A DNA stretch of 64,000 nt from Alloprevotella sp. (GCA_017471505.1 JAFUTC010000004.1:127608-191607); one strand, 5' to 3'. Shown: positions 22,845 through 33,112, counted from the stretch's first letter. Notes: generated by a model not told the origin, from the letters alone. Numbers and translations are program-made.

Positions 22845-23489
22845 CTAATACGGGAGGCGATACGACTGCAGACCGGTTGCCGTACGTATGGACACGGCCA
22901 CACTGTCGCCCGCCTGAAGAAGTTCGTCGTAGGGACGCAAAGAAGCGCAAAAATGGATGGAACGGGTATAGAACGCATCGTCGCCATTCTGGTCGTGGTA
23001 GACATCTAAACGCAATAGGTTTCCCCCATTGGGATTGGCCTCAACGCCACGGTCCCACACGGCAAAGCGATGGCCAATGTCGCTCGGACCGGTAAGAAGG
23101 TCGAGTTTCATATTGACATACGCTCCGCCACGCCAAACGGCCACGACCGTAAGCGGGTCTTGCACGATGGCAGACGAATTGGTGCGGATGGCTTCAACGG
23201 TCAGTACGTCCTTCCTATTACCCAGCCACATACTTCCATCGTCGTAGAGCAGAACTGCCGCAAACACCCGGCGCACGGTATCGGGGTCGGAAAGCATCAC
23301 CGTATTCACCGGCTCGTAGGCATGGTTATCATCGAAGACAACCTTTTCCACCTGTCCGTCGGGACCTGTCCATAAATCGACCAGGTCCTCGCGCCACGAC
23401 GAAAGACGCCGTTCATCCTCGCTGCAAGCATACAACGAGAACACAGACAAGGCTACGAGCAACAGACGAATAGGTTTCATGGGCCACAT
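22845..23489 (-). CDS. NigD-like lipoprotein
   Basis: Lipobox LYAC; DPLTVVAVWRGGAYVN and HDQNGD motifs resemble the NigD C-terminal region. Confidence 0.65.
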   Translation of the reverse strand: MWPMKPIRLLLVALSVFSLYACSEDERRLSSWREDLVDLWTGPDGQVEKVVFDDNHAYEPVNTVMLSDPDTVRRVFAAVLLYDDGSMWLGNRKDVLTVEAIRTNSSAIVQDPLTVVAVWRGGAYVNMKLDLLTGPSDIGHRFAVWDRGVEANPNGGNLLRLDVYHDQNGDDAFYTRSIHFCASLRPYDELLQAGDSVAVSIRTATGLQSYRLPY

Positions 23490-23503
23490 CTTAGCAAATG
23501 GAA

Positions 23504-24661
23504 TTACTCTTCATTGGCCTCAATCCAGTTGCCTACGGGATTGGCGTACATCGTAAGCAGGCGCTCCCGGAGGAAAGGCATGTCGGGATTGGGAAGTTCG
23601 ATTTTCTCCAACTGCCCCGACACATATCGGTTGAACGCCTCGGTTTCCTGCGCGGAATACCGGTCGTGGAAACGCGACTGGCTATGTAGTTGGTCGAAGG
23701 CTATATAGTTGCCGGGGAAAAGCGAATAGTGTCGGTGGATTTCCTTGTCGATATGCTGCGAAAGCATGGGGAACAACTCAGCGCGAGGCACATCGCCGAG
23801 CGTATCAAGCCACTCGTTGACAGGCGGAGCCATGACAAACCGAATATGTCCCTTGCGCCCCATAATGCCTGTATGCATATTCTGCAAATCGTCGGCCTTT
23901 GACTTCTTAAATGCCGCGTCGTCGCGCTTTTGTTGGAACTCCTGCGCCTTCAAATAGTCGCATGGATCATATTCATACGAGATGGTGAGCGGCACGATAT
24001 TCATCTCGCGCAAAGATGCTATGACATTGTCCGACCGCCCCATGGCAATCATCTTCAGCACACTGTCTTGCGTCCGGTCGGAACTGTCTTTTGCGCGACC
24101 CTCGCGTTGTGCAATCCAAAGGGAATGGTGTTTCTGCGTAATGACATAGTGCATATAGGCACTCAACCGTTGGCTGGCCAACAAGGTTTCGCGCAAATTC
24201 AAACCGCGCTGTACAATGAACGCACGATTTAGTCGGACAATGTGTTTTATCCAGTCGAAAATGAGCAAATTATCGCCTATTGCTATCTCGGCCGTATCGG
24301 GGAACTGGTTTCGAATAAGCAAGAAGCAAAGCAGTGCCGGGTCGAGAACGATATCGCGATGATTGGAAATGAAACTATAGGCTTGTGTCTTATCGGCAAT
24401 AGCCGAATCGTCGAGCACCGCCCCCTCGCTGGCCGACTGCAAAAGGTTTTCGATGTAGGGGTAAAGGAAACTCTTCTGCACATCGAGAATTGTGGAGCAT
24501 TGACTGGCTCTTTCCTTCAGGACCGCCAAAGATACGGACGGGAACAACGACTGCAAAACCTGGCAGAAACTGTCGTCGTCGAACAAAAGCGGAAGGACTT
24601 GCCGCAAATCGCTATCGTCGTAACTGCGAATCGCATCAAACTGAGCAGGAACAGTGTTCAT
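23504..24661 (-). CDS. Glycerolipid acyltransferase (PlsC-like)
   Basis: SNHRDIVLD (HxxxxD) and WIAQREGRAKD. Confidence 0.88.
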   Translation of the reverse strand: MNTVPAQFDAIRSYDDSDLRQVLPLLFDDDSFCQVLQSLFPSVSLAVLKERASQCSTILDVQKSFLYPYIENLLQSASEGAVLDDSAIADKTQAYSFISNHRDIVLDPALLCFLLIRNQFPDTAEIAIGDNLLIFDWIKHIVRLNRAFIVQRGLNLRETLLASQRLSAYMHYVITQKHHSLWIAQREGRAKDSSDRTQDSVLKMIAMGRSDNVIASLREMNIVPLTISYEYDPCDYLKAQEFQQKRDDAAFKKSKADDLQNMHTGIMGRKGHIRFVMAPPVNEWLDTLGDVPRAELFPMLSQHIDKEIHRHYSLFPGNYIAFDQLHSQSRFHDRYSAQETEAFNRYVSGQLEKIELPNPDMPFLRERLLTMYANPVGNWIEANEE

Positions 24662-24672
24662 CGTTGGTGGAT

Positions 24673-25677
24673 TTACTGGTTATCTAATTTGCCCATTATG
24701 ATGTCGGCCAACACTTCCGACATTTGAAGTTGGGCGGCACGGACTTGCTGCGGAATGAAACTTGTCGGTGTCATTCCGGGGGTGGTGTTGATTTCAAGCA
24801 GGTTGATTTCTTCCTGCCCCTTTGCGCCCGAGAGTATGTAGTCTATGCGAATGATGCCGTAGCAGCCCAGATATTTGTAGATGTCGCTTGTCATCTTCGA
24901 TACGCGCTTGGCCGTTTCCGGTGCGATACGGGCAGGGGTGATTTCGCTTACCTGCCCCTCGTATTTAGCCTCGTAGTCGAAGAATTCGCGTTGGGTAACG
25001 ACCTCGGTGATAGGGAAAACCACCACCTCGTCGCCCTTGCGATAGCAACCGCAAGTCACCTCGGTTCCTACCATAAGCCTTTCGGCCATTACCTCGTCGC
25101 TTTCGTTCATGGCCTTTGAGATGGCCGGCAGGAGTTCTTCCACTTGCTTCACCTTCGTAATGCCAAAGCTGCTTCCGCCTGCATTCGGCTTCACGAAGCA
25201 AGGCAGACCTATGCGCTCCACAATGCTTTCGGGCGTGGGCAACGGCTGATTCTTGCGGAAAAGCAGGCTGTCAGACACCTTCAATTCGGGAAATCCGCGC
25301 AAGAAGCCATTAAGCGCAAATTTGTTGAAGGTAAGCGATTCAATCAACAGACTACTCGTGGAGTAAGGCAGGCCTATCAGGTCGAAGTAGCCTTGAAGAA
25401 TTCCGTTTTCTCCGGGAGTTCCGTGAATGGTAATATAGGCGAAATCGAAAGTATGATGTCCGTCGGAAGCCGTAAAGGAGAAATCGTTCTTGTCGATATC
25501 GCACCGCTCCGTCCCGTAATGCGCCTTCCAGTCTTTTCCTTTTAGTTCCACAATACAATAGTCGAATCTTCTGGCATCCATAAACGATGCGATGCCATTA
25601 CCGCTGCACAACGAAACATCATGCTCCGACGAGTCGCCGCCAGCCACTATTGCCACAAAAGGTTTCTTGGTCTTCAT
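24673..25677 (-). CDS. ddl: D-alanine--D-alanine ligase
   Basis: GGDSSEHDVS, IHGTPGENG, GSSFG, FFDYEAKY, EINTTPG. Confidence 0.93.
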   Translation of the reverse strand: MKTKKPFVAIVAGGDSSEHDVSLCSGNGIASFMDARRFDYCIVELKGKDWKAHYGTERCDIDKNDFSFTASDGHHTFDFAYITIHGTPGENGILQGYFDLIGLPYSTSSLLIESLTFNKFALNGFLRGFPELKVSDSLLFRKNQPLPTPESIVERIGLPCFVKPNAGGSSFGITKVKQVEELLPAISKAMNESDEVMAERLMVGTEVTCGCYRKGDEVVVFPITEVVTQREFFDYEAKYEGQVSEITPARIAPETAKRVSKMTSDIYKYLGCYGIIRIDYILSGAKGQEEINLLEINTTPGMTPTSFIPQQVRAAQLQMSEVLADIIMGKLDNQ

Positions 25678-25689
25678 ATTCTTCTTGTG

Positions 25690-26754
25690 TTATTTTAATC
25701 CATTTATATAGGTCCGCCACCGCTCAATGAGTTGTGTCATATCCTGAGGCAGCGGCGAGGTGAAATCCATATCTTTTCCTCCGACGGGATGTGCAAACCC
25801 AAGTGTCTGAGCATGCAATGCCTGGCGCGGGCATACTTCGAAACAATTCCGAATGAAACTGTTGTAGGAAGCGGTCTGCAATCCGCGCAGAATCTTGTCG
25901 CCCTCGTAGCGAGCATCGTTGAACAGCGGATGTCCAATATGACGCATGTGTGCCCGAATCTGGTGCGTGCGTCCCGTCTCTAAGATACACTCCACAAGCG
26001 TTACGAAACGAAAACGCTCCACTACGCGATAGTGTGTTACGGCAGGCTTTCCGATTTCGGAGTCGGGCGGAAAGACTGCCATCTGTAGCCGGTCGGACGG
26101 ATTGCGCCCGATGTTGCCCTCTATCCTACCCTCGTCTTCGCGGAAATCGCCCCAGACAAGTGCCAGATAACTCCGGCGCGACGTTTTGTTAAAGAACTGC
26201 AGTCCCAACTTCGTCTTGGCCTCCGGTGTCTTAGCTACAACGAGCAAGCCGCTCGTATCTTTATCAATACGATGCACAAGCCCCACGCTCGGGTCATTGG
26301 GGTCGTAGTCGGGGTCATCTTTCAGATGCCAGGCAAGTGCGTTGACCAATGTGCCCGTATAATTACCCACGCCAGGATGAACGACCAGACCGGCAGGCTT
26401 ATTGACTACAATCAGGCTTTCATCCTCGTAGACGATGTCGAGAGGGATGTCTTCGGGCTGAATGCTATTGTCGTAGCGCGGCCGATTGAGAAGGATGGTG
26501 ATTACATCGCCGGGCTTGACGCGGTAATTGCTCTTGATGGGCTCGTGATTGGCATGGATGAAGCCAGCCTTAGCGGCCTGCTGAATACGATTACGCGACG
26601 TGTCAGCAAGATGCAGGAACAAAAACTTATCTACACGAAGAAGACTCTGCCCCTTATCGGCCACTACGCGAAAATGCTCGTAGAGGCCTGCATTTTCCTC
26701 CTCGCTAAGTTCGCCACTATACCCGAGGCTGATGTCTTCGTTCGATTCCGTCAC
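25690..26754 (-). CDS. rluD: RluA/RluD family pseudouridine synthase
   Basis: S4 domain, VNKPAGLVVHP, HRIDKDTSG, TGRTHQIR. Confidence 0.9.
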   Translation of the reverse strand: MTESNEDISLGYSGELSEEENAGLYEHFRVVADKGQSLLRVDKFLFLHLADTSRNRIQQAAKAGFIHANHEPIKSNYRVKPGDVITILLNRPRYDNSIQPEDIPLDIVYEDESLIVVNKPAGLVVHPGVGNYTGTLVNALAWHLKDDPDYDPNDPSVGLVHRIDKDTSGLLVVAKTPEAKTKLGLQFFNKTSRRSYLALVWGDFREDEGRIEGNIGRNPSDRLQMAVFPPDSEIGKPAVTHYRVVERFRFVTLVECILETGRTHQIRAHMRHIGHPLFNDARYEGDKILRGLQTASYNSFIRNCFEVCPRQALHAQTLGFAHPVGGKDMDFTSPLPQDMTQLIERWRTYINGLK

Positions 26755-26790
26755 TTCCTTATGCTATTGGAGAGTTGAATAGTCTGCTTT

Positions 26791-27435
26791 TTATTGTTCT
26801 GCCTCGTCGATGAAGGGCTCCGTGGCCTCGAGGCTCTTTTCATATTCTTCCTGATCGACGAAATAGTCGGACTCGGAGGCTTCGTTATAGTCGTCTTGAT
26901 TAAGTCCGTCGCCCACCACAAGGGTTAAGGGCAAGTCGGTGGAAACCCTTTCGCCTGCGACGACGTTTTTACCACGCGCTTCGATGCCATAGACCCAGTC
27001 TTTGTCGCCCGCAATGTATTTCGGTGCAGTGAGTTTGAATCCAAGTATCGTAAGTTTCGATTCGGCCTGCCTATAAGAACTATTGTTGGCTACATCGGGA
27101 ATGGGCACCGCCGTAGCCTCGGCCGCGTTGATAGTCACATATACGTAGCGCCCAGCCTTGACTTTCTGCCCGGGAGCAATGGACTGCGCCAGCACTACAT
27201 TGGCTGGCAGATTGCGCACATAACCCGTGTCTTGCACAACCACATACAGGCCTTTTTCCGAAAGTTGCTCTTTGGCCACCGCATAACTCTTCTTCTCCAG
27301 ATTAGGCACTTCTATTTCTTCGTTATGATGCGTGTAGACATCTAAAAAGAAAAAGACTAAAACTAAAAGGACTATTGTAAGCAAAAGTGCGCCTAAGCAG
27401 TTGCCAAGCAAGAGTTTTCGATTTTCTTTCTTCAT
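26791..27435 (-). CDS. PASTA domain membrane protein
   Basis: N-terminal transmembrane segment, YTHH..EIEVPNL; conserved position between rpmH and rluD. Confidence 0.85.
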   Translation of the reverse strand: MKKENRKLLLGNCLGALLLTIVLLVLVFFFLDVYTHHNEEIEVPNLEKKSYAVAKEQLSEKGLYVVVQDTGYVRNLPANVVLAQSIAPGQKVKAGRYVYVTINAAEATAVPIPDVANNSSYRQAESKLTILGFKLTAPKYIAGDKDWVYGIEARGKNVVAGERVSTDLPLTLVVGDGLNQDDYNEASESDYFVDQEEYEKSLEATEPFIDEAEQ

Positions 27436-27504
27436 GATTAAGAAGATATATCAAGGGAACATTTCACCTAAATAGCAAAAATAAAGGAAAAGTGACTGAA
27501 AGAC

Positions 27505-27545
27505 AAAAAGAGCTGCCACATTTTTGCGTGTGGCAACTCTTTTTT
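27505..27545. terminator. Bidirectional terminator downstream of rpmH
   Basis: aaaaagagctgccaca...tgtggcaactctttttt. Confidence 0.85.
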
Positions 27546-27588
27546 CAACGAGGGTCCTATCCGACGCCTCTGTTTGTCTTTCCGGCTA

Positions 27589-27747
27589 CTATTTTTTGCC
27601 GTGTACTTCGTCAGAAACCGTCAGTTTCTTACGACCATGACGGCGACGCGATGCTAAGACACGGCGACCGTTGGCCGTCTGCATACGCTGACGAAAACCG
27701 TGCTTATTCTTTCTTTTGCGATTGTGGGGCTGAAATGTACGTTTCAT
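27589..27747 (-). CDS. rpmH: 50S ribosomal protein L34
   Basis: Below the ORF-track cutoff. Manual translation: [52 protein letters not shown]. Confidence 0.97.
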   Translation of the reverse strand: MKRTFQPHNRKRKNKHGFRQRMQTANGRRVLASRRRHGRKKLTVSDEVHGKK

Positions 27748-27820
27748 AATCTTCTTATTCTTTTATTTTGTTTTTCCAGTCGATTTGAGCCCGTTTTTCT
27801 CAAAAGGGGCTTTCGGGTGG

Positions 27821-27828
27821 CAAAATTA
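27821..27828 (-). promoter_or_regulatory. Sigma-A -7 box for rpmH
   Basis: caaaatta = TAATTTTG on the minus strand. Confidence 0.55.
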
Positions 27829-27920
27829 GATAAAGATTTCCTAACTGCCAAACTCTTTTTGCTCAATTTTAACTTATCGGGCGCAAAATAATCTCATTCC
27901 GCACCCCTTGCCCGCTCATC

Positions 27921-28826
27921 CTACGCTTCGGAAAGACGGCGGTCGATGTCGGCCATAACCGACTCCTTGTCCACCGGATGGTGCCACAAGATGGTTTCAT
28001 CCTTGGCAAACCAGGTCAGCTGCTTCTTGGCATAGACACGCGTATTCTTGGCTATGCGCTGTCTGGCAAAATCGAGTGTCCACTCGTTGTCCACCACGCG
28101 AAACAGTTCCTTGTAGCCCACCGTATTCAGCGAGTTGCACGCACGATAGGGCAACACGCGGCGAACCTCGTCCATCCAACCTGCTTCAAGCATCTGCCCC
28201 ACCCTTGCATTGATGCGTTCGAACAGTTCACCACGCGGTCGGTTCAAACCAATTTTCACGATTCGGAAAGGACGCTCCTTCACCGAGTGCGTCCTATACG
28301 ACGAGAACGGACGCCCCGTGGCATAGCAGATTTCCAAGGCATGAATTACCCGTTGCGTATTCCGCGGGTCCACCTCCTTATAATATATAGGGTCGAGCAG
28401 TTTGAGTTCGCTCAAAAGCGGGTCAAGTCCCTCGTCAGCATAGCGCTGCCGCACCGCAGTACGCACCTCCGCGTCCACGGAAGGCATATCGTCAATGCCC
28501 TTGCATATAGCATCGATATAGAGCATAGAACCTCCCGACATCAACGCCACGTCGTGCCGCTCGAAAAGTTGCTCAAGCAGCCGAATGGCATCTTCCTCGT
28601 AGCGGGCCGCACTGTAGTATTCATCAAGGGCCAACGTGCCGACAAAATAGTGCTTAACACGACGCAGCTGCTCCTGGGTGGGAGCAGCCGTGCCAATCGG
28701 TATGTCGCGATAAATCTGCCTCGAATCGGCGTTGAGTATCGGTGTCTGCAGGCGTTCGGCCAGTTCCAGACTCAGTTCGGTCTTTCCAACGCCCGTAGGC
28801 CCTAATAAGACGACCAGGGTTTTCAC
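27921..28826 (-). CDS. miaA: tRNA dimethylallyltransferase
   Basis: GPTGVGKT, ADSRQIY, GGSMLY, YAKKQLTWF. Confidence 0.94.
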   Translation of the reverse strand: MKTLVVLLGPTGVGKTELSLELAERLQTPILNADSRQIYRDIPIGTAAPTQEQLRRVKHYFVGTLALDEYYSAARYEEDAIRLLEQLFERHDVALMSGGSMLYIDAICKGIDDMPSVDAEVRTAVRQRYADEGLDPLLSELKLLDPIYYKEVDPRNTQRVIHALEICYATGRPFSSYRTHSVKERPFRIVKIGLNRPRGELFERINARVGQMLEAGWMDEVRRVLPYRACNSLNTVGYKELFRVVDNEWTLDFARQRIAKNTRVYAKKQLTWFAKDETILWHHPVDKESVMADIDRRLSEA

Positions 28827-28829
28827 TCT

Positions 28830-29393
28830 TTAATACATGGAGTCGTCACTAATCTCGAACCCTTCCATATCGAGTTCGTCGTCATTATAGCCGAAGGCGT
28901 CGTCGAGTCCATCCTCTTCGAGCATTTCAGCCTCGCCGCCGACGGCACCCTTGAGTTGTGCCTCGGAAAGCGAGAAGTCGAGTTCGGCAATCTGCTTCGG
29001 CGCATTGCCTTTAGCCCGCAAGATTTTCGGCGCCTTAAGTTCCTCGCCGAAATCCACGTCGCTCACGCTCAGATAGAAACTTCTGTCGGAGAACGGGTCA
29101 AACACATACTCCAACCGCTGCCCCTTGTCGTCGAGAAACTCCGACAGACGGGTCGAGTCCATTACGAAGACGTCGTCGTCGATATTTGAAACGCCCATGT
29201 CTTCGCGTGTAACCTGTTCCTTGCGCTCCCAATCGTGATTGCAGATATAGAAACTGGTCATCTGGTCGTCGCCGTATCCGCACGACTCAAGCACAATTTT
29301 GTTCAGGTCGAGGAATGTGGCCTCACTATCTATGGCTATCTCGCGAAGGAAGCCATCAACCTCGTCACAGACGAATTTAATTTTCAGTATCAT
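28830..29393 (-). CDS. Conserved Bacteroidetes protein (pRiA4b ORF3/TnpR-like family)
   Basis: REIAIDSEATFLDL, YVFDPFSDRSF; typical position between lpxA and miaA. Confidence 0.75.
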   Translation of the reverse strand: MILKIKFVCDEVDGFLREIAIDSEATFLDLNKIVLESCGYGDDQMTSFYICNHDWERKEQVTREDMGVSNIDDDVFVMDSTRLSEFLDDKGQRLEYVFDPFSDRSFYLSVSDVDFGEELKAPKILRAKGNAPKQIAELDFSLSEAQLKGAVGGEAEMLEEDGLDDAFGYNDDELDMEGFEISDDSMY

Positions 29394-29430
29394 GGTTGTT
29401 GTCGTTCTGTTGCGTTATACGTTGTGCGTG

Positions 29431-30207
29431 CTACTTTATGATGCCCCGCTTTGAACTATGGATAAAGTCGAGAATGTAGTCGACTTCGCGCGAAGAGGGC
29501 ACTTTCTCACGGATTTCCTCAAAACATTCCTGACGAAGTTTGCCGCTGTTGTAGAGGATGCGATAGACTTCGTGAATATTTTCAATAAGGTCGGGCTTAA
29601 AACCATGGCGGCGCAGGCCCACCAGATTGAGTCCGCAATAGGCAATCGGTTCGCGGGCCGCCATCGTATAGGGCGGAATGTCCTGGCTGGTACGCGAACC
29701 GCCACCCACCATTACGTAACTGCCGACACGGCAGAACTGATGAATCAGCACATTGGCGCTGATGACGGCAAAGTCGTCCACGACCACCTCGCCGGCTATC
29801 TTGGTCGAATTGCCTATAATGCAACCATTTCCGATGCATACGTCGTGGGCCACGTGCATACCCTCCATGAGCAGGTTGTTATTTCCCACTATGGTCTTGC
29901 CCTTGGCGGCCGTGCCTCGGTTTATGGTAACATTCTCGCGTATCTTGTTGTTGTTTCCTATCTCGGCCGTAGTCTCTTCGCCCTGAAACTTCAGGTCTTG
30001 CGGAATGGCACCGATGACTGCTCCGGGGAATACATGGTTGCCCGACCCCATGCGGGTGCCATCAAGCAGTGTGACATGGTTCATCAACTTATTGCCGTCG
30101 CCGATAATCACGTTCTTATCGATGAAGCAAAACGGCCCGATTTCACAATTTTCGCCTATAATCGCCTCGGGATGTACGAAAGCGAGATTACTTATCTGAC
30201 TTGCCAT
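29431..30207 (-). CDS. lpxA: UDP-N-acetylglucosamine acyltransferase
   Basis: Hexapeptide repeats, PQDLKF, RENVTINRGT, HVAHD, GLNLVGLRR. Confidence 0.94.
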   Translation of the reverse strand: MASQISNLAFVHPEAIIGENCEIGPFCFIDKNVIIGDGNKLMNHVTLLDGTRMGSGNHVFPGAVIGAIPQDLKFQGEETTAEIGNNNKIRENVTINRGTAAKGKTIVGNNNLLMEGMHVAHDVCIGNGCIIGNSTKIAGEVVVDDFAVISANVLIHQFCRVGSYVMVGGGSRTSQDIPPYTMAAREPIAYCGLNLVGLRRHGFKPDLIENIHEVYRILYNSGKLRQECFEEIREKVPSSREVDYILDFIHSSKRGIIK

Positions 30208-30219
30208 AGTATTTCTGTA

Positions 30220-31611
30220 TTATTGTTTCTTGTTTTCAATGATTTGCGCGGTAAAAGTGGCTTCCATCACCATGGTTTCTCCCACGAAGGCAAATCCGCG
30301 CATAGTGGCTATGCCATGATTCGGGGGCGACACGAGCGTAACCTTAAAGAGCAGCGTGTCGCCAGGCACTACCTTCTGCCGGAACTTAACCCCGTCAATC
30401 TTCAGAAAATAGGTAGAGTAGTTCTCTGGATTGACCACCGTGCTAAGTATGAGCAGTCCGCCGGCCTGAGCCATAGCTTCAATCTGAAGTACGCCGGGCA
30501 TGACGGGTTCGTTAGGGAAATGACCCTGGAAGAAGGGTTCGTTGCCCGTTATATTCTTCATGGCAACCACATAGTCGGACCCCATCTCGATAACCTTATC
30601 AACCAGTTGCATCGGATAGCGGTGCGGAAGCAGTTCACGCACCTTGTTGATGTCCATCAAGGGTTTTTCGATGGGGTCGTAATGAGGCGCCTGAATCTCA
30701 TGCTTGCGTATTTCGCGACGCATCTGGCGGGCAAATTTATTGTTGATGGTGTGGCCCGGCTTGGTAGCGATGATGCGTCCGCGTATAGGCCTTCCGATAA
30801 GTGCCATATCGCCGATGATGTCGAGAATCTTATGACGGGCCGGCTCGTTGTTCCACTTAAGTGGCCGCCTGTTCAGGTAGCCCATCTTCGTAGCGTCGCG
30901 GTGCTCTACATTCATCTGGTCGGCCAGCGCGTCAAGTTTCTCTTGCGACACCTGCCTCTCGTAGATGACTATCGCGTTGTCGAGGTCGCCTCCCTTTATG
31001 AGGCCGGCTGACAGGAGCGGTTCTATCTCGCGGACGAATACGAACGTGCGCGCAGAAGCTATTTCGGTGGGAAAATCATCTATGTTGTCGAGGGTGGCAA
31101 ACTGGCTGCCCACGAACTCGGAGTCAAAGGAAAGCATGGCCGTGATACTGAAATCGTCGTCCGGCAATATGATGATGGACGAGCCGGTTTCCTCGTCGCG
31201 GAATTCCACCTTGCGCTTGATGACAAAGTAGTCCTTCTCGGCGCTTTGCTCTTGGCAGCCTACCTTTTGTATATTCTGAAGGAAAATTTCGGCGCTTCCG
31301 TCAAGGATGGGCAACTCGGGCCCGTTGACAGTCAACAAGCAGTTGTCGATGCCGCAGGCATAAAGTGCGGCCATGGCATGTTCAATCGTCGAACAGCGCA
31401 CGTCGCCGTTGGCCACAACCGTACCGCGCGACGTGTCGACCACGTTCTCGGCCATCACGTCGATTATGGGCTCGCCCGGCAGGTCTATGCGCTGAATCTT
31501 ATATCCGAAGTTCTCGGGAGCAGGATGAAAGGTTACCGTCAGGTTCAAGCCTGTATGCAGGCCCTTTCCATAAAGGGAGAAACTTCCTTTTAGCGTCTTT
31601 TGCTTAAACAT
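30220..31611 (-). CDS. lpxC: Bifunctional LpxC/FabZ
   Basis: GLHTG, TIEH, HKILDIIGD, then LPHRYP and FFQGHFP..PVMPGVLQIE; start MFKQKT. Confidence 0.94.
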   Translation of the reverse strand: MFKQKTLKGSFSLYGKGLHTGLNLTVTFHPAPENFGYKIQRIDLPGEPIIDVMAENVVDTSRGTVVANGDVRCSTIEHAMAALYACGIDNCLLTVNGPELPILDGSAEIFLQNIQKVGCQEQSAEKDYFVIKRKVEFRDEETGSSIIILPDDDFSITAMLSFDSEFVGSQFATLDNIDDFPTEIASARTFVFVREIEPLLSAGLIKGGDLDNAIVIYERQVSQEKLDALADQMNVEHRDATKMGYLNRRPLKWNNEPARHKILDIIGDMALIGRPIRGRIIATKPGHTINNKFARQMRREIRKHEIQAPHYDPIEKPLMDINKVRELLPHRYPMQLVDKVIEMGSDYVVAMKNITGNEPFFQGHFPNEPVMPGVLQIEAMAQAGGLLILSTVVNPENYSTYFLKIDGVKFRQKVVPGDTLLFKVTLVSPPNHGIATMRGFAFVGETMVMEATFTAQIIENKKQ

Positions 31612-31621
31612 ATCTTGCGTT

Positions 31622-32674
31622 CTATTTTTCTTCCGAGCCGTTCGCTTCGGAAGTGTTGGCGTTTTTCTTGAGTTCGTTGACGTCTGCCCAAATCTGTGGC
31701 AGATTCTTAAAGGCGGCACTGCATCGTGCAAAGCTGCGGGCATCGAATGCCGGCGAACCAATGATGGTCTGGCCGGGCTTGCGCACATTTCCAGCGATTC
31801 CTGCCTGCGCGCCGCACTGGGTCCTATCGGCCACCTGAATATGTCCGGCCACTCCGACCTGACCTCCGAACATGCACCATTCTCCAACCTTGGTGCTGCC
31901 TGCCACACCGACTTGCGCCGACATGACCGTGTTCTGTCCGATGTCGCAGTTATGGGCAATCTGCACCAGATTGTCGAGTTTGACTCCGCTACGCACGATG
32001 GTGCTTCCCATCATTGAGCGGTCGACGCAGGCATTGGCGCCTATCTCGACATCGTCCTGGATAACCACGTTGCCTATCTGCGGAATCTTCTCGTAGGCCC
32101 CGTCTTTGGGCACAAAGCCAAAGCCGTCGGCTCCAATCACGCATCCGGCATGCAGGATGACGCGCTTTCCGACTTTACAGTCGTGATATACCGTCACGTT
32201 CGGATAGAGCGTGCTGCCCTCTCCTACTTCGGCACGAGCCTCCAACACAACATTGGCGTAGATTTGCGCACCGTTTCCGACCTTTACGCTTTCGCCCACA
32301 TAGGCATGTGGTCCGACATAGGCGTCGTCAGCCACTTGTGCGCTGCTTTCTACCACGGCCGTGGGATGAACTCCCTTGCGCGGTTGATTCATTGCCTGCT
32401 CGTAGATGGCAAGCAACTGGGCGGCGCAGACGCGCGCATTCTCCACGCGAATCAGCGTAGGAGCCACCGGGCCTTCCACCTTGAAGTCACTATTCAGAAC
32501 CACCACGCTGGCGGCTGTCGTATACAAGTGTTGCAGATAATGGTCGTCGTAGAGAAAGGCAATGGCTCCGGGAGCGCTGCCCTCAATCTTGCTGAAGGAG
32601 CAGACCTTGGCATCGGCATTGCCCTCAATGCTTCCGCCCAGCAGGTCGGCTATCTGTTTGGCTGTAAATTCCAT
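31622..32674 (-). CDS. lpxD: UDP-3-O-acyl-glucosamine N-acyltransferase
   Basis: MEFTAKQIA start, GADGFGF, KIPQIGNV, KLDNLVQIAHN. Confidence 0.94.
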   Translation of the reverse strand: MEFTAKQIADLLGGSIEGNADAKVCSFSKIEGSAPGAIAFLYDDHYLQHLYTTAASVVVLNSDFKVEGPVAPTLIRVENARVCAAQLLAIYEQAMNQPRKGVHPTAVVESSAQVADDAYVGPHAYVGESVKVGNGAQIYANVVLEARAEVGEGSTLYPNVTVYHDCKVGKRVILHAGCVIGADGFGFVPKDGAYEKIPQIGNVVIQDDVEIGANACVDRSMMGSTIVRSGVKLDNLVQIAHNCDIGQNTVMSAQVGVAGSTKVGEWCMFGGQVGVAGHIQVADRTQCGAQAGIAGNVRKPGQTIIGSPAFDARSFARCSAAFKNLPQIWADVNELKKNANTSEANGSEEK

Positions 32675-32767
32675 ATCGAGTTTTGTCTTTAGGTTTTGGT
32701 TCAATCTGAAAATGCCACAGGCACACAGGCGAAGCCTGCACGCCGAAAAAATTCCTATAGCACCTTG

Positions 32768-32775
32768 CAAAGATA
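32768..32775 (-). promoter_or_regulatory. Sigma-A -7 box for the lpxD operon
   Basis: caaagata = TATCTTTG on the minus strand. Confidence 0.6.
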
Positions 32776-32912
32776 ATAAAATCAGTCTATAACTACAAAT
32801 TTTCAAGTCCGACCATCTGTCCCGCCGGCATTTTTCCCCTCGAATTTCAAACGCATCCCTGTCCGACAAAACGGCCCGAACGGCATCCCAACCCCCAAAA
32901 CCGACCTGAAAG

Positions 32913-33059
32913 GCAGTTGTATTATGTTGATTTACAACGTGATAATGTGACGCAAAAATTGCATAATGGAATCTCAAAATTGCATTATACAATCTGAAAA
33001 TTCAATTATGCAATTTCAAAATTCAATTATACAATTTCGAGATTCCATAATTCTATTTT
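32913..33059. repeat. 21-bp-period palindromic array: 5 strong units (32955-33059) plus 2 degenerate in-phase units
   Basis: gcagttgtattatgttgattt / acaacgtgataatgtgacgca / aaaattgcataatggaatctc / aaaattgcattatacaatctg / aaaattcaattatgcaatttc / aaaattcaattatacaatttc / gagattccataattctatttt. Confidence 0.93.
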
Positions 33060-33112
33060 TGCACGAGCCTATTTGCTTGGTTGGTAGTCGAATTATTTGT
33101 AAACTTGCAAGC

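Noticed and set aside
19300-28000. Apparently lower GC stretch, a possible island
   Set aside because: Judged by eye only; the contents are core genes in typical order with no mobility signs.
28830-29393. TnpR-like family name suggesting a mobile element
   Set aside because: It sits in the conserved lpxA-miaA context with no transposase or inverted repeats.
32905-32932. dif-like site (TTATGTTGATT resembles a XerD arm)
   Set aside because: No XerC-like arm ending in ATAA at 6-bp spacing; the match is explained by a degenerate repeat unit.
32675-33112. N-terminal extensions of radC (MESQNCIIQ...) and lpxD (MYNAILRFH...) in the ORF track
   Set aside because: Read-through of the repeat, where 21 bp gives heptad-like peptides. 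Family-like sequence starts at 33113 and 32674, and promoter boxes lie within the extensions.
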